From Phycicoccus sp. (GTDB lineage: Bacteria > Actinomycetota > Actinomycetes > Actinomycetales > Dermatophilaceae): a DNA stretch of 64,000 nt. The notes beneath the pieces were generated by a model, which was not told the origin of the DNA, made no database searches, and saw nothing but the letters and a program-made list of their open reading frames with translations. Shown in pieces: positions 22,547 to 34,682 of this stretch (position 1 is the first letter of the stretch; each line of letters opens with the position of its first letter). Location: assembly GCA_012927555.1 (NCBI GenBank), contig JABBOX010000232.1:7886-71885 (forward strand), given 5' to 3'. The position numbers were made by a program, and so were the translations under genes.

Positions 22547-25500
22547 GGCGTCCTCTCCTCATGGCGGGGACCTTGGCCTGGCGGCGGGTCCAGCGGGCTG
22601 ACGAACGGGACGCCGGTGGCCGCGGCAGTTGTCATGGCGTCGTAGGCAGCGAGGACGAGGCGCTTGCTGCGGAAGTCACCGTCGCGGTCTCGCTCCTCGT
22701 ACTGCTTGAGCAGCCGGAAGCCATCAAACGCAAAAACAACGTCCGCGCGGGTAAACCCGTAGAGGTGGAAGAAAGCTCCATCAAGTTCGGCGCGTATTTC
22801 CGCGCGACGTGCGTCGTCCCAGATGTAGGGGCGTCCATCTGCCGTGAAATCCTTCGCCAAGCTACCCATGACATTGGATGTGGCGCACAACTCGACGACT
22901 CGATCCGTCACCCAGGACCGGAGGGATCGACCAGGCATCCAGGCCGGAACGTTCGAATCGAAGAACTGCGGTGACGGCACCGGAAGTTGTTTCACCACAA
23001 AGAAATTCAGGTGCGCGGACGTGATCTTCTGCCGACTCACGTAGTCGCAAGCGAGACTGTTCCAAGATGCGATGAGCAGCGGCGCGTCGTGCCAATCGGT
23101 CGGCAGCGCGAGCGGATAACTATTCGCGGCTCCGACCTTTGGGATAGCTGATGCGATCATCGTTCGCTCGCTCGTCGCGTTGCTGACATCTCGCCAGCCA
23201 ACCAGCCAGTCACGGTCCCAGCGACCGTCTAGAGCCTCCTCCACCAATGACATCCGCACCCAGTACCGGGGAACTACTTCAACCGCAGCGTCAGCGTGCG
23301 CCTGTGCCGAGACTCGAGGTAGGTTCCCCTCCGCGACGTTGCCAGCATTGGCCTCGCGATATGTCGTGTACCGATGGTCATAGATGTGGGTGAAACGCGC
23401 CTCGAACACCGCGACGTGCTCTTTGCCATCGAGTGATCGCGCGAGTGGCTGGTCGTCGCCGGCGGCGTTTCCCCAAGCCGGAGCTTCGACGAAGTGCCTT
23501 GCGTCGTTGGTCATATCTAGCATCCTCAGGAACGACAAGCCATACGGGTTCAGCCCCTCTCGTTCATTTACGAGAACTGAATGTGCGGCGTAGGCGCGGA
23601 GAGTCAGTTGAGCCGCTTCAGGGGTCGTGAAGGTGGGACAGGTCCCAGTATTCGGATTCACACGAAGCAGATCAGCAGCAGCCAGGCGGGACTTCTTGGC
23701 GGGGAGGTCCTTGATGTGCCGGACGCTGAAGGCCGTCTCAAACCACCTCGTCGAGCGGGAGCTTCCGTGTACGGCGACAACGGCAAAGTGCAACTGGTCG
23801 GGAACGCCGTCAAAGATGCGCGCACCATTCGTGAAATCGAAGAGGGCGGCCAACCGTCCTGTCTCGACGAGAGACCGGAAGAAGGCTGATGTTGTGTCTG
23901 ACGTAGCAAGGCTTGTGGGTACGACGAAGCCCGCTACCCCAGTTGGCGCGATGTGCGTTGACATCAGGTCCGCGAACAACGCGAAGGTGTTCACGTCACC
24001 GCGCGCGCTTAGTGGGAATCGCCCGGACGACCGAACGAACGCCGCCTGCTCCTCTGCGTATCGCGCGACAGTCTGATACTCAGCGAAGAGGACCGGCTCA
24101 GTCACAGCAAGCGCTTGGACTGCGCGTGCACGCGAAGCGGCGTTGGCGATTGCTGCGACATGTGGCGCACGACTCTCGAACCACTCACGCTCAACCAACT
24201 TGATGCGACCCCACGGCGGGTTGCCAAGGATCACGCTGAAGCCTCCGGTCCAACCGGTGGCGGTGTTGGCGGGTCCGTGGTCCGGAACGTGGAAGACCTC
24301 GGGGAACTCCAGGTGCCAGTGGAAGAGCCGGTATCGGTTTGCCAGTGTGTCGATGTGATCGAGGATGGGGAGCAGTTGGAGGTCTGTCGTTCCCGCCGTG
24401 ATCTGTTCAAGCAGTGCCTGCGTGATGGGTTCCTCGTTCGGCGTTTTGGGGCCAAGGAAAGCTGCGCACCAAGCGTCGGCCACCCGGCGACGGCGGACGG
24501 CATGCTCGCTAGCTACCGATGTGGCGTAGCGTTGGGCAGCCCAAGCTACGTCGGCGAGAGTCTGTGCTGACGCAGCGCGGGCGCCGATCTCCTCGGCAGC
24601 AAGCCGCTGCTCGGCGTTGCCCATCTCCAGCCCGCCTTCGTCGAACAGGGACGTCTGTCCAGAGCGCTGCATCTCGTTGAGCCGCTTCCAGGCGGTGGCG
24701 ACCTTCCTGTCGTCACCGGTGAGGGCGACGTAGGCCTCATCGGGGATGCCGGCGTGCAGCAACGCAGGGGTCGTGCCGAGCAGCGAGTTGCCGACCTTGA
24801 TGTGGTGGTCCAAAAAAGACAGCGGCCGACCAGGGCTCATAGCCTCGAGCCAGAGACTGACCTTGGCAAGGTCGGCGGCCATCGGGCCGATGTCCACGCC
24901 ATAGATGCAACGGGCCACGACGTCGTGCATGGCGTCCTGCGCGTCGGTAGGCGTGGGGTCGATCTCCCCGCTTCGGACGGTCGCGAGCCGCGCGGCGATT
25001 CGGCGGGCCGCCGCGACCATGAAGTGCCCGCTGCCGATCGCCGGATCGCAAACGGTGAGAGCCAAGAGAGCCTGCTCAGGATCCGACTCCTTCTCAGCGT
25101 CGTCCAGGACGGGGTCAAGGGCGGTGTCCAGGACCAGCTCGACGAGGTCGCTGGGGGTGTAGTAGCTCCCCGAGGTCTTTCGGTCGTTCCCAGCGAGGTT
25201 CTCGAGGGTGAACGTATGCCGGATGGGGTCACGCCGAGGGACCAGCTCGAGAAGTGACTCGTAAATCGAGCCCAACTCGTCCGCTCCGAGGTTGCGGAAA
25301 TCGACGAGTCGGCGCGGCTGGGTTGCACGATCGACAGCGACCGGATGGCGGCCAGCAGTGGCTGGTTGCCGAGTTTGGCGCTGGTCAGGACGTCGGCCTC
25401 GGTGGTGCTGAATAGGCCGCCGAGGCCGGGAAGTCCGAGGCGGGGTTCACCGTCTGCTCGGCCGAGCGCAGTCATGACAAGGCTGACGGCGTCCCACAGG

Positions 25501-26522
25501 TCGTGGTGGGCGCTGCCCTGTCGCCGCAGCGCGAGGTGACGCAGTCGGGTGGAGGAGAAGTGGTCGCGGTAGCGCTGGCGAACGTCCGCGGTCGCTACAG
25601 GGCCGTGCAGGGCGTCGCGGTCCTCGGCGACGGACCAGAACAGCAGCCGGTAGACCGTCCGCAAGAGGCTGGCGTGGAGTTCATCGACGCTGATTTTGTC
25701 CGCGTCGAGGTCGTCGCGCAGACCGGCGTTGGCGGGGTGTTGCAGGAAGCCGGTGCCGAGGATTTCGAGCGCCTGTTGGACGCCGTCGCGCAGCAGGTTG
25801 AGGGCGCGGACTCCTTGGCTGACGGCGGTGGTGCGCCACTGCTCGAGCCAGCAATCTGACGGCTGCCCGTCCTCGGGGACCTCGACGCGGGACTGGTGGG
25901 TGAGCAGGTAGAGCGTCGCGAACTCGGCGAACAGTTCGCCGTCGAACATGGCCTCAAGGTCGAACTCGACGTATGCCTGTCCGGTGAGGGTGGTGGAGTC
26001 GCGCAGCAGCCGCAGGGCCCGGCCGTTGGACAGCAGCGCCCACAGGTGTTGGTCGGTGCGGTTGAGCAGTTCCTGCAGCATGGCGTGGGGGGCTCGGTGC
26101 GCGGCGCCGGGCACGCCTGGGCTTCGTTTGTCGAGTGGGACACCCCAGCCGAGCAGGTGGATCGGGGTGGCGCCCCACAGGTGGCTGACGGGGTACTGCC
26201 GGTCTTCGACGGTGATTCCGCCCGGGCCAGTCGCGCTCACCCGGCCGTAGCCGAGATCGGACAGCAGCACGGTGAGCCAGCGCTCACGGGTGACGCCGAC
26301 GGCAGGGTCGTTGTCGGGCAACCTGGCAAGGTCGTCCCGGAATCGGCGGTAGACGCCGAGCAGATGTGTCCAGACCCGGGCGGAGGCTTCGCGGGGGTTC
26401 TCGCCGCCCAGGTGGTAGTCGGCGGGTTTGAGCCCGTCGAGACTGCCGGCGAGCACTGCGGAAAGGACGTCGGTGGGGAGCAGGCCGCCGGCGACGTGGA
26501 CGGAGGTGAGGGAGCCGGTCAT
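22543..26522 (-). pseudogene. Large N6-adenine DNA methyltransferase (DrmMI/PglX-like), split by a frameshift near 25.31-25.32 kb
   Basis: Track ORFs 24837..26522 and 22543..25275 overlap. Motif I DPAIGSGHF and motif IV NPPWGRIK lie in the 3' ORF. The conserved RRLVDFRNLGADELGSIYESLLEL reads in the 3' frame directly after ...SLSIVQP of the 5' frame. Confidence 0.8.
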
Positions 26523-29380
26523 TCTCCGGCTCCGGTCGGGAGCAGGATCTGCATGCTGAGCAGGTCAACTGGGCGCTGTGCGGTGACGGTCAGCCCTCGG
26601 CGTACGGCGCCTGCACCGGTGCGGACCCTTCGGTGGGCGCCGAGCAGCCGGTCGGCGTGTTCGTCAGCGACGTACTCCAGGTGGGGCATGAGCTGTGGGA
26701 GGCCCTCGATGACGCGCTGGGCGGCAAGGCGGGCGGCTTCCTCAGGGATGTTGCCGCTGGGGTCGGCCGCAAGCAGTGCTTCGGCCTGTTGGTCTGGCAG
26801 CCACACGGCGTTGCCTGGGGCGCCTTCGAATGCGAGGACTCGGGCGTCTTCGGCGACCCGTTGCTGGGTGCCGTCGCCCACGGGGAGGGCGAGCTGGAAG
26901 CGGAAGCGGACGAGCAGCAAGGTGGTGCGGGTGGTGACGGCGTCGGTGCGCATCACGCCGGCGCGTCGGGCGGGTCGTTCTTTTACGGGGACGGCCGCGG
27001 CAAGGGCGCTCTCCAGGACGTAGCGGGCGATGGCCTGCACTGCCGGGTCGGTGCGGGCGATCACTGCCTGGCCGCGCGGGGCCGGAGGTTGGGTGCAGAA
27101 AAGCGCGGGGTCACGTAGCCCGACGGGCAGGCTGTGCCTCAGACCGAGAGGCAGCGTTGCGAGCACGGCGCTGAACCCGTCCTCGAGGGTGGTGACGGTG
27201 GAGCCCAGCGCGCGTAGGGTGCTGGTGAGGAAGTGCTGCAGATCGGCGTGGGCGCCGAGGGCGGCTCGGATCTCCTCGACTTCGGCGACGACGTCCTCGG
27301 GCTTGATGGCGTGCTGGGCGAAGCGGGTTCGGGAGGTCTTTTCCTTGGCCGCGGCGGACTGCCAGGCCGTGTCGAGGGCAATGGTGCGCTCGTCGAGTCC
27401 GAGGTCGAGGGTGAGCGCTTGTACGTCACGGCCGCGCAGCAGCAGGCCTTCGGCGAGGGCCTCAATGAGTGCTTGGCCGTCGCCGGGGATGGGCACTGCG
27501 ACGCCGGTCGCTTTGGCGATGGCGCGGTGTTTGCGGATGAGGACGTCCAGCACGATGCCGTCAATGCCGTTGTCTTCGCCGTAGAGGGTGACGGCGCGCA
27601 CGATGTCGTGGCGCTGCCCAAAACGGTCCACCCTTCCTTCACGTTGTTCGTGTCTCGTGGGATTCCAGGCGAGGTCGTAGTGCAGAACGGCAGAGAACGC
27701 CTCTTGCAGGTTGACGCCTTCGGACAGGCAGTCCGTGGCGACCAGCACGTGGCGTCCCTCGTGGTCGGTGAGTTCCCCGATGCGGCGCTCTCGTTCGGCC
27801 GGGGGCAGGAGCCCGGTGACGGTGTCGACGTTGATCGGCTCGCCGCGCTTGCCCGAGAGGGTTGCGGTGAGGTGCTCCCCTACGTAGTTGGCGGTGTCGA
27901 TGAAGCGGCAGAACACGATCGGCGTGTAGCCGTCTTCGAGGAGCTTCTTGACCTGGATGGTGAGCAGGCCAAGCTTGCGGTCCTGGTCGGGGCCTTCGAG
28001 TTCGGCGGCACGCCGGGCGAACGTGAGCAGTCGGCGGCGCAGAGCTCCGCCCTCGGTCCCGTCTGGCGCCTCTGGGTCGTGCAGGAGCGCCCCGGGGGTC
28101 ATGTCGATGCCTTCGAGCATCTCGTCGTCGGAGTTGTCGAGCACTCCGGCGCGGCCGAGGGCATCAACCTCGGCGATGTCGGTGAGGTCGGCGTTGGCGG
28201 CCCGTGTGCGCAGCGTTGCGGCGGCTGCGCGGGGGCTGGAGGCGAGCGCGCGCAACAGCGCCAGGGCGGACCACCAGCGCACCCGGCCACGGGATCCGGT
28301 GACACCGTCACGGACCTGTTCACGGGCGTAGGTCAGGACGTCCTCGAACAGGTCTCGGTAGGCCGTGCTGAGTTTGTAGGGCACGTCGAGGGTCTGCCGG
28401 TCGCTGGGGAAGGGCGTGTCCTCGTCGATGTAGTGGCGGATGTCGGCCCGGCGGCGTTGCACGAAGTGGCGGGCCAGCATGGCCCGGCCGCTGTCACTGC
28501 CGAGGTCGGCATGCTCAAAGTCGGGGTTGCACAGCGCGATGAGGTTGACGAACGCGGCGTCATCACCGGAGTGCGGGGTTGCGGTGGCCAGGACGAGGTG
28601 CCGGGTCGGGTCGGCGGCGAGCGAGCGCAGCAGCTCGTAGCGCTGATGGCGGGACCGCTGACCAACGCCTCCCCCGGCGACCGAGTTGTGAGCCTCGTCC
28701 ACGATGACAAGCTCGGGGCAACGGAGCAGGAACTCATGCCGGCGCCGGTCGGACTTGATGAAGTCGCTGGAGACGACAACGTGGGGGTGACGCTCAAACA
28801 GCGACTCGTTGAACATCAGCCCGCGCTCGAGCCGCTTGACGGTGCTGGTGAGCACGAGGGTCGCGTCGATACCGAACTTGTCGCGGAGCTCTCGCTGCCA
28901 CTGCTCGGCCAGCGCCGGCGAGCACAGCACGGCAAGGCGTTTGACCGTGCCTTGGGCGAGCAGTTCGGAGGCGATGAGCGCAGCTTCGATCGTCTTGCCG
29001 ATGCCGACATCGTCAGCGATGAGCAGCCGAACGGTGTCCTGGCGAAGCGCCATCATGAGCGGGACGTACTGGTAGTTGCGGGGGCTGACGCTGATCCCGG
29101 CCAGGGACCGGAATGGACCGGCGGAGGACTGGAAGCCCACCCTCAGCGCAGTGCGCAACAGATCCGTCGACGCGGCGTCGCCGAGGTCGTCCGCGGACGG
29201 CGCCGGGAAGGTGGCAGGTTCGACACCTTCGTCGGGAAAGACGCCGACGACGTCGTCGGAGCTTCCGCCGAGCGGTTGCAGGAGCAGAAACTCAGGCGTG
29301 GTGCCGGGCAGGACAACCCACTCACGCCCTCGGGCCTTCACTAGACCGCCGACGACCGTGTCCAGAATCGTGTCGGTCAA
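26519..29380 (-). CDS. SNF2-family helicase (DrmD-like)
   Basis: 953-aa ORF with [35 protein letters not shown] and [16 protein letters not shown] overlap with the upstream gene and ATGA overlap with the methyltransferase. Confidence 0.9.
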   Translation of the reverse strand: MTDTILDTVVGGLVKARGREWVVLPGTTPEFLLLQPLGGSSDDVVGVFPDEGVEPATFPAPSADDLGDAASTDLLRTALRVGFQSSAGPFRSLAGISVSPRNYQYVPLMMALRQDTVRLLIADDVGIGKTIEAALIASELLAQGTVKRLAVLCSPALAEQWQRELRDKFGIDATLVLTSTVKRLERGLMFNESLFERHPHVVVSSDFIKSDRRRHEFLLRCPELVIVDEAHNSVAGGGVGQRSRHQRYELLRSLAADPTRHLVLATATPHSGDDAAFVNLIALCNPDFEHADLGSDSGRAMLARHFVQRRRADIRHYIDEDTPFPSDRQTLDVPYKLSTAYRDLFEDVLTYAREQVRDGVTGSRGRVRWWSALALLRALASSPRAAAATLRTRAANADLTDIAEVDALGRAGVLDNSDDEMLEGIDMTPGALLHDPEAPDGTEGGALRRRLLTFARRAAELEGPDQDRKLGLLTIQVKKLLEDGYTPIVFCRFIDTANYVGEHLTATLSGKRGEPINVDTVTGLLPPAERERRIGELTDHEGRHVLVATDCLSEGVNLQEAFSAVLHYDLAWNPTRHEQREGRVDRFGQRHDIVRAVTLYGEDNGIDGIVLDVLIRKHRAIAKATGVAVPIPGDGQALIEALAEGLLLRGRDVQALTLDLGLDERTIALDTAWQSAAAKEKTSRTRFAQHAIKPEDVVAEVEEIRAALGAHADLQHFLTSTLRALGSTVTTLEDGFSAVLATLPLGLRHSLPVGLRDPALFCTQPPAPRGQAVIARTDPAVQAIARYVLESALAAAVPVKERPARRAGVMRTDAVTTRTTLLLVRFRFQLALPVGDGTQQRVAEDARVLAFEGAPGNAVWLPDQQAEALLAADPSGNIPEEAARLAAQRVIEGLPQLMPHLEYVADEHADRLLGAHRRVRTGAGAVRRGLTVTAQRPVDLLSMQILLPTGAGE

Positions 29381-32300
29381 CGCGAGGTCCTTCCGGGTCC
29401 GAACAGCCAGCCGTGCCGGTCGGCCATAGCCTGCCAGTCCTCGTCGTGGTGGACGCGAACCACGGCCCAGCCAAGGTTTTCGAGACGCTCGGCGGCACGG
29501 TCATCGCGCAGTTTCTGGGTGGCGTCGTCATGGTGCGGTCCGTCGACGAACAGGGCTACGGGGTTGCCGGGGAGGTCGTAGACGAGGTCGGGCCGGGCTT
29601 GGGCCGGGCTGACGGTGCGCTGGGCGTCGTCGGGCAGCCGGTACCCATGCTCGCTGAGCCAGTCGACGAACTTGCGTTCGAGGCCGGAGTCGGACAGCGC
29701 GTTGAGCCAGGTCCGCTGCTCGGCGCGGACCTTGCCGCCGGCACCACTTTGTACGACTGAGGTCATCAGCTGCCGGAGCAGGGGGACGATGGTGTGCCGG
29801 TCGATGGCGCGGTGCTCGTACTGGTTGCTGTAGGACAGAAGGCAGTCGTAGCAGCCCTTTTCGCACCGTTCCTGCGCGCCGGGGGCGTTGCCTAGGTCCT
29901 CGCCAGTGTCCGGGTCGTAGTGGATGAGCTCGAGTGCGGTGCGCGCGACTTGAGCCAGCGCCGTCGGCTCGTCGACGAGTCGGCTCAGGACGCCGGCCCC
30001 GCCTTCGGCCGATTCGGTGAGCAGCATCCTGCCGCGGTGGTCGAGGTCGGGCAGGGCTTTGCCGTCGAGTTCGGAGTCCTCGAGCTGGAAGGTCGCCTCG
30101 GCGGCACGCTCCAAAGCCGCACGAAGGGTCACCGTGACCTCATCAGGGGCGGCGTCGCACAGCCGCAGGATGAGCATGTTGCGACGGTCTTCGACGTACG
30201 GGGTGACCTTCTCCTTGACGGCGACGTCGTCAGAGGCGGTGAGGGCGTCGGTATCCACGGTGGCGTCGGCGGCTTTCTTGTCCGACAGCCAGTTGCCTTC
30301 GTGCAGGTCGAGCCAGTACCCGCGGTCGTGGAGGTCCTTGCGGCGGCGGCGACCGACATTGGAGATGCGCATGACCGCGGCATCGGCATGGACAAGTTCC
30401 AGGACAGGTCGGCCGTCGACAACCGCTTCCGCCTTGGTGAAGCCGGCGCGATCACCTCGGTCGGCGAAGCGGAACGACACCTCGAGCTCGTAGCCGGACT
30501 TACGGCGTTCTTCCTCATCACTACTGATCCGTTCGCGGCGTCGGGTGAAGACCGTGTGCAGCCGCAGGAGCCCGTACTGGGTTACTCCCAGCGGAACCCC
30601 GCAGTGCTCGCACGTGTCGGTACCCACCACGACGGGGTGGTGGTAGCCACAGCTGTCGCAGCGTTTCGCGGTCTCGGTGACCGCGCCGCTGCCGGTGGAG
30701 TCACCGGGGTCGCGGGGCAGTTGGACCCGGACCACCTCATAGCGGGCGCCCTCGTGGTAGATCAGCGAACCGGGACCGAACTCGCTGATCGCCACGAACC
30801 GAGGTCGCTGCAGGAAGTCGCCGTCGACCTTGGCGCCGCGCCGTGCCGGGATGTAGGCGGCGAGCGGCAGACGGGGGAAGGAGTAGCCGGGCAGGAACCC
30901 CTCACTGGCCAGGTAACGGTAGGAGTAGAAGTCGGTGGCCCCGGCCTCGCGGTCGTCGTTGCGCAGCAAGATGAGCTGGTTGCGGGCGTCGGCGCGGCGG
31001 CGCTCGGCGAGCTGGCGGTCCCACCTGCCGGCCTTGGTGTTGATGGCGAGCTTGTTCTGCTCGTTGTACTCGTCCAGGGCTGCCCGGAACAGGTGACGCC
31101 AGCGCTCGAAGGACTCGTCAAGTAGGCGGGCGGCGGTCTGGACCTGCTCGTGGACCCAGGTGTCGCTCCACCAGATCGGCTCCTTTCCGCTGGCCTGCCA
31201 GGTGCGGCGCAGGTCGGCCAGGACGCGTTCGGCGGTGCGTTGTGCCTTCAGGGTGACGTCAGGGTCGGTGAAGGCACGCCAGAGGTTCGGGAGCAGCCGC
31301 AGGCTGGGTGTGTCGCCGTCGGCTTCGAGCAGGTCGGTGATGGACGAGCTCATCGACTGTTCGGTCTCGGCGAGCCAGATCGCGTGGACGTGGGACCGGA
31401 CGAGGTCCTCGTTGGTCAGGTCCAGGCGGGGGGCGACGACCGAGCCGGCGACCATGTCGCGGGAGCGCCGGAACCAGTAGCTGTCGTGGGCGTTGCCTGC
31501 CGAGCAGTAGGTCAGGACCAGGGCGGGCTGGCCGCTGCGGCCGGCTCGGCCAGACCGCTGGGCGTAGTTCGCGGGGGTCGGGGGGACGTTGCGCAGGCCG
31601 ACGGCGTTGAGGTCGGAGATGTCGACGCCGAGCTCCATGGTCGGTGAGCAGTACAGCAGCGGCAGGTCACCACCGCGGAAGCTTTCCTCGCGCTCGAGAC
31701 GGAGTTGCTGCGGGACTTGGGCGGTGTGCTCGCTGGCGTGCATGCCAGCGAAGCTGCCAGCCAGGTCGCGGTACAGGTCGCGGAAGAACGGGTTGACCCT
31801 GGCGGTGGCTTCACCTTGGAAGGCGCGGCGAAGCGGGTCGGGGGCTCCGAACTCACCGTCGCCGACTTGCCAGAGCAGCGCCGCTGCCCGGAGCCGGTAC
31901 TCGGGGCCGTCCGGGCTTTGGGTCGCCACGAGCAGCCCAGCCTCAGTGAGTACCCGGAAGAGGTCCTCGATGACACGGGTCGCATCGTCGGTCTTCAGCA
32001 CCCCGGGCAGGCCGGCGGCATCGGTCCTGAGGTAGCGACCGAAGGCACCCCGGCCGCTGACGGCGAGCATGCTGCGCCGGCCTCCGGACCTCGCCGGTCG
32101 CGGCGCGGCCATCCCGACGTCAACCATGCGTTCGTCCTGGTTCATCGACCAGGGGTCCACAAGCTGCTGTCGGGACTGCTTGCTCAGCCGTTCGAAACCC
32201 TCGTCGGTCAGGCAGTCGGCGTCGATCGCGCGGACGCGCCGGAACTCGTCCAGCAGGATGCGGCACAGCTCCGCGCGCTGCTCGGCCGAGGCTTGGTCGA

Positions 32301-34602
32301 GCAGGTAGGTCCTCTTCCAGAAGTCCTCTCCGGCGGCGAGCTCGTTCAGGTCTCGATAGCCGACCTTCAGCAGGCCGGTCTGTTCAAGGTTGGGCATCGT
32401 CACGCGCCAGCCACGCTGCAGGTCGACATAGAGCTGGTATTCGACAACGGCCCTCAGTGCCCGCTGTGCTTCGGCCCGGGCCCCGCTGAGCAGCGTCTTG
32501 GAGCTGGCGGCAAAGTCCGAGAAGTCAAGACCCAACGCTTCGGTCACCGCACCCGCGATGGTCTCGTGGGACAGACCAGCATCGCCGGCCTTGGCCAGGG
32601 CCGCGAACAGCGCACCGCGCAGCTGGCTGACCTGGACGAAGTCGTTGAAGTGTCCTGCCTGCAGGCTCGCGTCCTGTCTGTTGTCCACGAACGTGAGCAG
32701 CTTGCGAGCGTTGGGGCTGAGGTCTTCTGCCGGGACGGCGCGCAAGTTGCGGACGATCGACGCGCTCACGAGCGTGACCGCGCTCGAGCGGCCCTCGGCG
32801 TCAAGGGTGGCCAGTTTGCCGAAGTCCTGGCCTCGGACCTGCTCGTAGGACACCCCGCATCGCATGCAGAAGGCGAACGGTGTCGAGACGAACCAGGCGG
32901 GCAAGCCAGCGCCGGTCTCGTCCAAGGTGCCGTCCGCTAGGACGAAGACCTTGTTCGGCAGGTACTTCTTCTTGCTGTCGAGAACTTCAGTCTGGTCGGT
33001 GTCGGGGTCGGTGACGATCCAGGAGTCGGGAAGGCGGCCGCTGGCGAGCGGGTCGGCTGGCCACGGCAGGTCGGCCGAGACATAGAGGTAGCCGTTGATG
33101 TTGTCGCCGCCGCTGGCGTCGATGTCGCGCCGCGACACGAAGACGCTCTGGTCACCCTTGGTGATCTTGGCAACGACGAGGTACTCCTGGCCGCACTCTC
33201 GGCAGAAGCCCAGCGGCAGCAGGGCCTTGTCGGGGTGGTCTGGGACGGCGACCTGGTAGGTGCCGGTGATGTGGCGGGTGGACTCCGGCTCCAACGAGAC
33301 GTAGATGGTGTCGCCCTTGGACAGGAACTGGTGGAGCCGGAAGGCGAAGACAGGGCGGCCCGTGTCGGGGTGTTTGACCCGGGAGCCCTCCTCCAGGACG
33401 TACCGCAGCGCCCGCTCGCATTCTTCAACGTCGAGACCGGTCAGCGATGCCAAGGACTTGGCTGCTTCGGGCACCTTCGTGGGGGTCCGGCGGATCAGCC
33501 GGCCGCTGCTCGGCTCGACGTCGAGCCCGAACGTCGTCTCGACCCAGATGGCCAGCGGGTCGGACCTGAAGACGTCGTGCGCCCTGACCTGCCGCGCGCC
33601 CGAGGCCGCCGAGACCGCCTGGGTGAGCTCACCATCGGTGGGGGTGCGGTCACCGGTAGCCCGGCTCAAGGTCTCGCCGATGACGCGCTCGGGGGTGACC
33701 TCGGAGCCGAACAGGCGGGTGGCGACGTCCGCCACGACTACGCCGCGCGCTTCCAGTGTTCCGGCGCTGGCCATGGTGGCGCTGGTGCCGACGATCTGCA
33801 GGTCGTCGGCGGCGCACTGGTCGCGCAGTCTCCGGACCAGCATGGCAACGTCCGCGCCTTGCCTGCCGCGGTAGGTGTGCAGCTCGTCGAGCACCAGAAA
33901 GCGCAAGCCTTGGGCTGCGCGTACCAGGTGCTTGCGCTCGTCCGGGCGGGTCAGGACCAGCTCGAGCATGACGTAGTTGGTGAGCAAGATGTCCGGCGGT
34001 TCGGCGAGGATCCTCCGGCGTTCATCCGAGCTTTCCTGGCCGGTGTAGCGGGCGAAGGTGACCGGTTCGCCGCCCTGGGGGTAGCCGAAGCTCAGGAATT
34101 TCTCGAGCTCCTTGACCTGGGAGTTGGCCAACGCGTTCATCGGGTAAACGTCGATCGCCTTGACCCCCGGCTGGCGTTGCCCCCCGTGCTGCTGCCGGTC
34201 CCGCAGGACGGCGTCAACGATGGGCACGATGTAGGCCAAGGACTTGCCGGACCCGGTCCCGGTGGTGAGCACGTAGCTCTTGCCGGTCCGGGCGACTTCG
34301 ATGGCCTCGCGCTGGTGCTGGTGCAGCACGATGGGCTCGAGGCCTGCGTCCTGCGGACCGCTTTTGCGCCGGAAGATGCGCTCGCACTCAGGGACCAGTA
34401 GCCCTTGCTGAACCAGTTCAGGGACCGACCCGCCCGAGGCAAAGGAAGGGTTGAGGCTCAGCCAAGGGTCAGGCCACTGGACCCCGTCCGCGAACTGTTT
34501 GTCCACGAATGCTGAGATGAGCTCATCTCGTACGGAGACGAACCCGGAGGTGAACGCGCGGTAGTCCTCGATGACCTGCTCGTGGACCTTGAAGACGTCC
34601 AT
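29377..34602 (-). CDS. Giant DEAD/DEAH helicase fused to DUF1998 and a C-terminal DUF559/Vsr-like endonuclease domain (DrmA+DrmB-like)
   Basis: [25 protein letters not shown] and [10 protein letters not shown]. Zn ribbon CDSCGYHH...CEHCG and DUF1998-like [15 protein letters not shown]. The tail ERKFVDWL...RPDLVY...LFVDGPHHD...D..R...L...GW.VVR is DUF559-like. Start set at the ATG at 34602, because the track start at 34692 lies inside the IS. Confidence 0.85.
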   Translation of the reverse strand: MDVFKVHEQVIEDYRAFTSGFVSVRDELISAFVDKQFADGVQWPDPWLSLNPSFASGGSVPELVQQGLLVPECERIFRRKSGPQDAGLEPIVLHQHQREAIEVARTGKSYVLTTGTGSGKSLAYIVPIVDAVLRDRQQHGGQRQPGVKAIDVYPMNALANSQVKELEKFLSFGYPQGGEPVTFARYTGQESSDERRRILAEPPDILLTNYVMLELVLTRPDERKHLVRAAQGLRFLVLDELHTYRGRQGADVAMLVRRLRDQCAADDLQIVGTSATMASAGTLEARGVVVADVATRLFGSEVTPERVIGETLSRATGDRTPTDGELTQAVSAASGARQVRAHDVFRSDPLAIWVETTFGLDVEPSSGRLIRRTPTKVPEAAKSLASLTGLDVEECERALRYVLEEGSRVKHPDTGRPVFAFRLHQFLSKGDTIYVSLEPESTRHITGTYQVAVPDHPDKALLPLGFCRECGQEYLVVAKITKGDQSVFVSRRDIDASGGDNINGYLYVSADLPWPADPLASGRLPDSWIVTDPDTDQTEVLDSKKKYLPNKVFVLADGTLDETGAGLPAWFVSTPFAFCMRCGVSYEQVRGQDFGKLATLDAEGRSSAVTLVSASIVRNLRAVPAEDLSPNARKLLTFVDNRQDASLQAGHFNDFVQVSQLRGALFAALAKAGDAGLSHETIAGAVTEALGLDFSDFAASSKTLLSGARAEAQRALRAVVEYQLYVDLQRGWRVTMPNLEQTGLLKVGYRDLNELAAGEDFWKRTYLLDQASAEQRAELCRILLDEFRRVRAIDADCLTDEGFERLSKQSRQQLVDPWSMNQDERMVDVGMAAPRPARSGGRRSMLAVSGRGAFGRYLRTDAAGLPGVLKTDDATRVIEDLFRVLTEAGLLVATQSPDGPEYRLRAAALLWQVGDGEFGAPDPLRRAFQGEATARVNPFFRDLYRDLAGSFAGMHASEHTAQVPQQLRLEREESFRGGDLPLLYCSPTMELGVDISDLNAVGLRNVPPTPANYAQRSGRAGRSGQPALVLTYCSAGNAHDSYWFRRSRDMVAGSVVAPRLDLTNEDLVRSHVHAIWLAETEQSMSSSITDLLEADGDTPSLRLLPNLWRAFTDPDVTLKAQRTAERVLADLRRTWQASGKEPIWWSDTWVHEQVQTAARLLDESFERWRHLFRAALDEYNEQNKLAINTKAGRWDRQLAERRRADARNQLILLRNDDREAGATDFYSYRYLASEGFLPGYSFPRLPLAAYIPARRGAKVDGDFLQRPRFVAISEFGPGSLIYHEGARYEVVRVQLPRDPGDSTGSGAVTETAKRCDSCGYHHPVVVGTDTCEHCGVPLGVTQYGLLRLHTVFTRRRERISSDEEERRKSGYELEVSFRFADRGDRAGFTKAEAVVDGRPVLELVHADAAVMRISNVGRRRRKDLHDRGYWLDLHEGNWLSDKKAADATVDTDALTASDDVAVKEKVTPYVEDRRNMLILRLCDAAPDEVTVTLRAALERAAEATFQLEDSELDGKALPDLDHRGRMLLTESAEGGAGVLSRLVDEPTALAQVARTALELIHYDPDTGEDLGNAPGAQERCEKGCYDCLLSYSNQYEHRAIDRHTIVPLLRQLMTSVVQSGAGGKVRAEQRTWLNALSDSGLERKFVDWLSEHGYRLPDDAQRTVSPAQARPDLVYDLPGNPVALFVDGPHHDDATQKLRDDRAAERLENLGWAVVRVHHDEDWQAMADRHGWLFGPGRTSR

Positions 34603-34682
34603 TGCATCCTGTCTCTTGTGCGGCCTTGCCAACCTAGTAGTCCCGACACGCCAGAGTCGGGATTTGGCCGGATTTGCCCTAG

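Noticed and set aside
24837-25290. C-terminal ~150 aa of the 561-aa methyltransferase ORF
   Set aside because: It is a Ser/Arg/Pro/Thr-rich out-of-frame read-through overlapping the true continuation in the other frame.
27233-29344. 703-aa + strand ORF, and similar long + ORFs at 29920-31125, 31705-32940 and 33235-34401
   Set aside because: All are antisense to the SNF2 and giant helicase genes, which carry clear helicase motifs.
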